A stretch of DNA of 64,000 nt from NCBI GenBank assembly GCA_964016885.1, contig OZ024755.1, positions 29,574,001-29,638,000 of the forward strand, in the 5' to 3' direction. A program made the translations under genes and the position numbers. The number at the start of each line of letters is the position of its first letter. Positions within the stretch are counted from its first letter, which is position 1. Shown piece after piece: positions 57,157 to 64,000 of this stretch. The notes under the pieces are model-generated. The model did not search any database and was not told the DNA's origin. It was given only the letters and a program-made list of their open reading frames with translations. This stretch comes from Eledone cirrhosa. Lineage: Eukaryota.

Positions 57157-57512
57157 GTATACGTTTCACCCGATTTTACTTGTCCCAATAACTTTATTTG
57201 CTATTGTTCGCGCCAACTAGAGGTATATGGTTTTTAAAGCGATGAAATACCAATGAAAGTTGGAAGATCACTGATGAAGGACTAATTTTATTCATCTGTA
57301 ACCCATGTGCAACCACGCAGCGCTCCATTTTTCTCATATTTATAATTTTTCCAAAGCTGCGATTCTGTTTCTTTCTTACTCTCTCTCCTCTTTTTACCCC
57401 CTCTGCCAGTCACACTCTCTCTCTCTCTCTCTCTGCTGGTCCCTTCCTCACACTTCCACTCACTCACTCTCTGCATCTCCCCCTCTCTCCCTTCCTCCCG
57501 TTTGACGTGTGT

Positions 57513-57690
57513 CAAGTAATCCCGGACAAACCACCCACACCTGGATATGTCTCCACAAACAGTAATTCCCTTCTCGAATGGGCCATGGTGCCCAAATCCT
57601 GAATTGAAAGACTTCGCTAGGTGGTGCTATTAAGTTAGACATGACCTGGGCCAATACTGGCCAAAACATTTCAAAGTTATTCAAAGTTAT
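57513..57690 (+). mobile_element. Short 5'-truncated copy of the CR1/L2-group LINE, tail-to-tail with the long copy
   Basis: Reverse complement of ~57946-58121 with a few substitutions; tail TTCAAAGTTATTCAAAGTTAT. Confidence 0.92.
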
Positions 57691-57764
57691 ATATATGTAT
57701 ATATACATATATATATACATATATATATATACATATATACATATATATATATATACATATATAC

Positions 57765-57795
<31 letters not shown>

Positions 57796-57804
57796 CATAT
57801 ATAC

Positions 57805-57835
<31 letters not shown>

Positions 57836-58032
57836 CATATATACATATATATATATATACATATATATATATACATATATACATACATATATACATACAT
57901 ATATATATACATATATATATACATATATATATATACATATATATATAACTTTGAATAACTTTGAAATGTTTTGGCCAGTATTGGCCCAGGCCATGTCTAA
58001 CTTAATAGCACCACCTGGCGAAGTCTTTCAAT

Positions 58033-61000
58033 TCAGGATTTGGGCACCATGGCCCATTCGAGAAGAGAATTACTGTTTGCGGAGACATATCCGGGTGTGG
58101 GTGGTTTGTCCGGGATTACTTGGAGGAATTTGTCCAAAGACTTCTTGAATTTTGTGTGGTCAGTTTCTGTTTTGACGTGTCCTGGTGTGATGTTGAAGAG
58201 AGCAGGGCCGATTGAGGTGAAATAATTGTGCCGTATTGTTGTTATGAGTTGCGATTTAGATTTTTGAATGGGACGGATAGCACGGGGCCCAAGCCTTGGG
58301 TGTATCTTGAAGGCGATGCCAACATCATTTGGGCAGTGATGATGGAACATTTTCCACATCATGCAGATAATATAACGCTCACGGCGACGTTGGAGTGAGT
58401 AAAGTTTCAGGTTTTCCAATCGACCCCAGTAGTCAAGGTCTGACATGCCATCTATCTTTTTCGTGATTGCCCTTTGAGGAGCTTCAAGTTTCATGATACT
58501 TTGTTTCGTGTGGGGAGACCACAGTGGACAACAGTATTCAAGGTGTGGTCGGGCGAAAGTAGAGAAGAGAAGGATAATGGTGCGGGAATCTCTCGACTGG
58601 AAGGTTCTGAGGATCCAGGAACACATTCTGCGGGCCATGTCAACTTTGCTGCTTATATGCGTGGTCCAGCTTATGTTGCTGTCCACGGTTACTCCCAAGT
58701 CTCTGATGTTGTTAGATGCCACGAGAGTTTCCCCGGAGGGAAGGGAGTACGGGAGTTTCAGAGCATCCTCTTTTCCAAAGTGGATCAGTTCGAATTTGTC
58801 TTCGTTCAGTAACATGTTGTTCTTTTCTGCCCATTGGGTAACAGCCAGTAGGTCTGACTGAAGGCTTATCCGGTCATCCACGCCATTGATGACCTTTTGG
58901 AGCTTGGAATCATCAGCGAAAATTTTAATGTTGCTGTGTTTGATGATGTCAGTGATGTCATTAATATAGATGATGAAGAGAAGTGGGCCCAACACAGTGC
59001 CTTGTGGGACTCCACTACTGACTTTGGCTGGGCTTGATTTGACTCCCTCAACTACAACATGTTGGGTTCTGTTTGACAGGAAGCTCTTGATCCACTGCAG
59101 CAGCTTTCCAGTGACACCAATATTGGACAGCTTTCTCAGTAGAATGTTATGATCAACCCTGTCAAAGGCCTTGCTGAAATCAAGGTAGATAACATCAGTG
59201 TTGGAACCCTCTCCCAAGGCTCTCAAAATGTCATCAAAGTGATGCAGTAGTTGCGTCAGGCAATCCCTTCCATTACGGAATCCATGCTGGTTGGAGTTCA
59301 GCATATTGTTACTCTCAAGGAAGTGGGTCATTCGCGATCTCACCACTCTCTCAAATACCTTAATGATATGAGAGGTGAGTGAGATTGGACGGTAATTCAC
59401 GGCAAGGGATTTGTTTCCCTTTTTGAAAACTGGGACAACAGACTGGGATAGAAGGTTTTCTGGCACATATCCAGCATCCAGTGAGTTCCGCCACAGATTG
59501 GCAAGAGGAGAAGCAAGTTGGTGTTGACACGCCTTCAAGACACAAGCAGGGAACCTATCGGGACCTACTGCTGAATTATGCTTGATTTCCTTTATTGCCG
59601 CCAAGACATCAGGGGCGCCAAACGTTATGTCCGATAAGGTGTAATGGAGAGTAACATCGCCGATACAGCCCAGATCGGCCATATCAGGATTGCTGAAAAC
59701 AGAGCAGTATTGTTTCTGCAGTATCTCACCCATGGTTTTAGCATTGTCTTGAAGAGTGCCATTTTCATCAATTAGAGGGCCAACAGTAGAGCCAGTGATT
59801 TTGTGTTTTTTTGCAAATGAAAAGAACACTTTGGGATTGAGTTTGATCTTCTCAATGGCCCAGGCCTCTTCAGCTCTTCTCTGATTGTTGATGAGGGACA
59901 TTATGTTGTTTTGGAGGTTATGTTTTTTAATCTCTAGTGATGAAATGGCAGTCAAGTTGATGTGTTGCTGCTGACAGTATTTCAGATTGTTGATTTTTTT
60001 GTTCGTTCTCTTAATTTTTCTGATGAGCGTTTTTCTATTTCTAGGGATTCTGCTCTTAGATTTGTTTATAGTTCTTAATGGGGTGTGTTTAGCACATATG
60101 TTTGTAACAGTGTCCACAAATGTCTGCCAGGACTTTTTGATGTTAGTGGGTGTATGAGTGTGCGTGAAGGACCAGTCGACATGTGCAAGATCATGACTGA
60201 TCGCTTCCCAGTTTGCATTGTGGAAATCCATAGCGTCAAACGGATGGACAGGAGAAATGACATTGGGTTTGTATATTGGACGGTGGAATCTCAGATCACA
60301 GAGAACCATGTCATGATCAGAGAGTAGAGTTTTCTCCACTGCAATATTGTGGATATTGTCAGTGTGATTGCTGAAAATTAAGTCTAGGACGTTTTTGTGG
60401 CACCTCGTTGGTTCGAGCACTAGTTGGGATAGGAAGAAATCATCCATGAAGTCAAGAAGCGATTCCACAGCTTCCCTGTCAGAGGTTGAGGCAGAAGAAC
60501 CTGGTGGCAGGGTGTTTGTGGACCAGTCAACTCCGGGGAGGTTGAAGTCCCCCATCATTAAGATGTTGTCAGGGTGACACTCTTGGATGAAACACTTTAT
60601 GCTGTTGAGGCATTCCTTGAAGCATGGTACAGGCGTTTGGGGTGGCCTATAGAGCCCAACTACTAATAGGTTGTTGGTTTGACTGAATACAGTGACTGCC
60701 TCACAGTATCCATTAGTGAATATGTTCATAGCCTCTGTTGAGAAAGAATTATGGACATAAATGGCAGTTCCGCCCTTTCTTCTGCCAGCGCGATCAGCAC
60801 GGATGGCTTTGAAATTTTTCACTTTCACCTCGGCTTCCAAGTGGAGGTTACTGAGATGGGTTTCAGTGAGGACGAAGAAAGGGATGTGGTTTGGATGGAC
60901 ATCAATCCAGTCCTCCAGGAATTTTATCTTCCATTTTTGAGTATTGGTGGAAGGGCTGATGCCTTGGGCGTTAAGCAAAAATGTAGAGGCGAGAGTGGAT

Positions 61001-61053
61001 GGTTTTAATTGTTTTGGTGTGTTGTTAATTTGTTTGTTTGTTAATGGCAGCAA
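58033..61053 (-). CDS. LINE ORF2: apurinic-like endonuclease plus reverse transcriptase (1006 aa, uninterrupted)
   Basis: APE motifs LNAQG, LTETH, GLYRPP, GDFN, LDL, SDH; RT motifs [31 protein letters not shown]; C-terminal [10 protein letters not shown]; annotated start is TTG. Confidence 0.96.
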   Translation of the reverse strand: MLPLTNKQINNTPKQLKPSTLASTFLLNAQGISPSTNTQKWKIKFLEDWIDVHPNHIPFFVLTETHLSNLHLEAEVKVKNFKAIRADRAGRRKGGTAIYVHNSFSTEAMNIFTNGYCEAVTVFSQTNNLLVVGLYRPPQTPVPCFKECLNSIKCFIQECHPDNILMMGDFNLPGVDWSTNTLPPGSSASTSDREAVESLLDFMDDFFLSQLVLEPTRCHKNVLDLIFSNHTDNIHNIAVEKTLLSDHDMVLCDLRFHRPIYKPNVISPVHPFDAMDFHNANWEAISHDLAHVDWSFTHTHTPTNIKKSWQTFVDTVTNICAKHTPLRTINKSKSRIPRNRKTLIRKIKRTNKKINNLKYCQQQHINLTAISSLEIKKHNLQNNIMSLINNQRRAEEAWAIEKIKLNPKVFFSFAKKHKITGSTVGPLIDENGTLQDNAKTMGEILQKQYCSVFSNPDMADLGCIGDVTLHYTLSDITFGAPDVLAAIKEIKHNSAVGPDRFPACVLKACQHQLASPLANLWRNSLDAGYVPENLLSQSVVPVFKKGNKSLAVNYRPISLTSHIIKVFERVVRSRMTHFLESNNMLNSNQHGFRNGRDCLTQLLHHFDDILRALGEGSNTDVIYLDFSKAFDRVDHNILLRKLSNIGVTGKLLQWIKSFLSNRTQHVVVEGVKSSPAKVSSGVPQGTVLGPLLFIIYINDITDIIKHSNIKIFADDSKLQKVINGVDDRISLQSDLLAVTQWAEKNNMLLNEDKFELIHFGKEDALKLPYSLPSGETLVASNNIRDLGVTVDSNISWTTHISSKVDMARRMCSWILRTFQSRDSRTIILLFSTFARPHLEYCCPLWSPHTKQSIMKLEAPQRAITKKIDGMSDLDYWGRLENLKLYSLQRRRERYIICMMWKMFHHHCPNDVGIAFKIHPRLGPRAIRPIQKSKSQLITTIRHNYFTSIGPALFNITPGHVKTETDHTKFKKSLDKFLQVIPDKPPTPGYVSANSNSLLEWAMVPKS

Positions 61054-61329
61054 TGGGAGTTTGTGCAGTGGGGTGATAGTGGAGGGTGGTGCTGGGTGAT
61101 AGCTCGAATGTTTTTTTCCAGTTCTTTTGCCAGATTCATTATAGCTAAAAAAGAGGAAGAAGTTTCCTGTTTAGAAGACTGTTGGTGACTGTGGTAGTGG
61201 TTATTTTTATGTAGGTTATGGTTTTTGTTTTTGCTTTTATTTTCATTTATCCGACGGGTCCCCGGGAGATGGGTAAAGGGACAATCCCGGTCTAAACACA
61301 ATCTGTCTCGCAGGGAAAAACGGCAGATT
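61041..61329 (-). CDS. C-terminal remnant of LINE ORF1 with CCCH-type zinc finger
   Basis: [26 protein letters not shown] (C-x8-C-x4-C-x3-H) immediately at the 5' truncation point; stop overlaps the ORF2 frame. Confidence 0.75.
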
Positions 61330-61331
61330 TA

Positions 61332-63515
<2,184 letters not shown>

Positions 63516-63925
63516 TGGTGGCTGCCAACTCGTTTTCGAGTACGGCCACAACTTTATATCCATGTAGGAGAACCCCTACCGATGCGCTGAACGAATGTGA
63601 CTTTAGTCCAGCCAGCGACTTGAAAACTCTGGTACAAAGACTACACTTGTGACCATTATTGACACATAGTGCAGGGCCCATGGTACCATGTGATGACAAG
63701 TGCAGAGAGATCTCCAGATATAAAGCAATGCCTGTGCTGTGAAGCTTTTATAGTGAGCAAAGGCACTGCACAAAGCCAGTCCCACTCTCTTAACCAAGAT
63801 GATATTTACCAAAAAGAAGAACAGGTCAACATCATTGGATACCATCAGGGTTGCAGGTGTTATATCAGAGTTTTCCTTCTCCTAGAATTCTGCCTTGACA
63901 AAGGCTAAGGGGTCATCTCTCCCGG
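63516..63925 (-). mobile_element. Non-autonomous RTE-derived element (copy 3, 5'-truncated)
   Basis: Colinear with 29721-30135; [17 protein letters not shown] remnant. Confidence 0.88.
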
Positions 63926-64000
63926 ATATATATATACATATACATATATATATATACACATATATATATACACATATACATATATATATATATACACATA

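Larger units (their letters stand above)
57946..61331 (-). mobile_element. 5'-truncated CR1/L2-group LINE with (TTCAAAGTTA)2 tail, inserted in (TA)n
   Basis: ORF1 end, full ORF2, ~85-nt 3' UTR with tandem tail; microsatellite on both flanks. Confidence 0.92.

Noticed and set aside
55865-57300. Isolated CTGATGA at ~55892 and ~57271
   Set aside because: No properly placed GAAA or helices
58474-61008. Plus-strand ORFs overlapping the LINE
   Set aside because: Antisense shadows of ORF2 with no independent motifs

Overview
AT-rich, microsatellite-saturated eukaryotic DNA. The repeat content resembles an octopod cephalopod genome (inference). No host protein-coding gene is supportable, and almost all listed ORFs are (TA)n/(TG)n/(GA)n translation artefacts. 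Real coding remnants are all retroelement-derived: an intact-looking APE+RT ORF2 of a CR1/L2-group LINE (58033-61053, minus) with the CCCH zinc-finger end of ORF1, a frameshifted RTE LINE with three C2H2 fingers (44403-46371, minus), R4/Dong-like RLE C-terminal fragments, and RTE-X 3' ends. About 20 copies of a tRNA-derived SINE are present, some in tandem trains with target duplications. The most striking signal is at the RNA level. At least seven type-I hammerhead ribozyme (HHR) motifs with minimal or palindromic stem III, plus decayed ones, sit in several unrelated non-coding mini-elements inserted in (TA)n. One is a 588-bp unit with a ~138-bp terminal direct repeat (retrozyme-like). An 8-copy palindromic family looks like an HHR folded back on itself. 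A 612-bp TSD-flanked RTE-derived non-autonomous element may carry a decayed HDV-like ribozyme. All folds were done by eye and none is experimentally or computationally verified.
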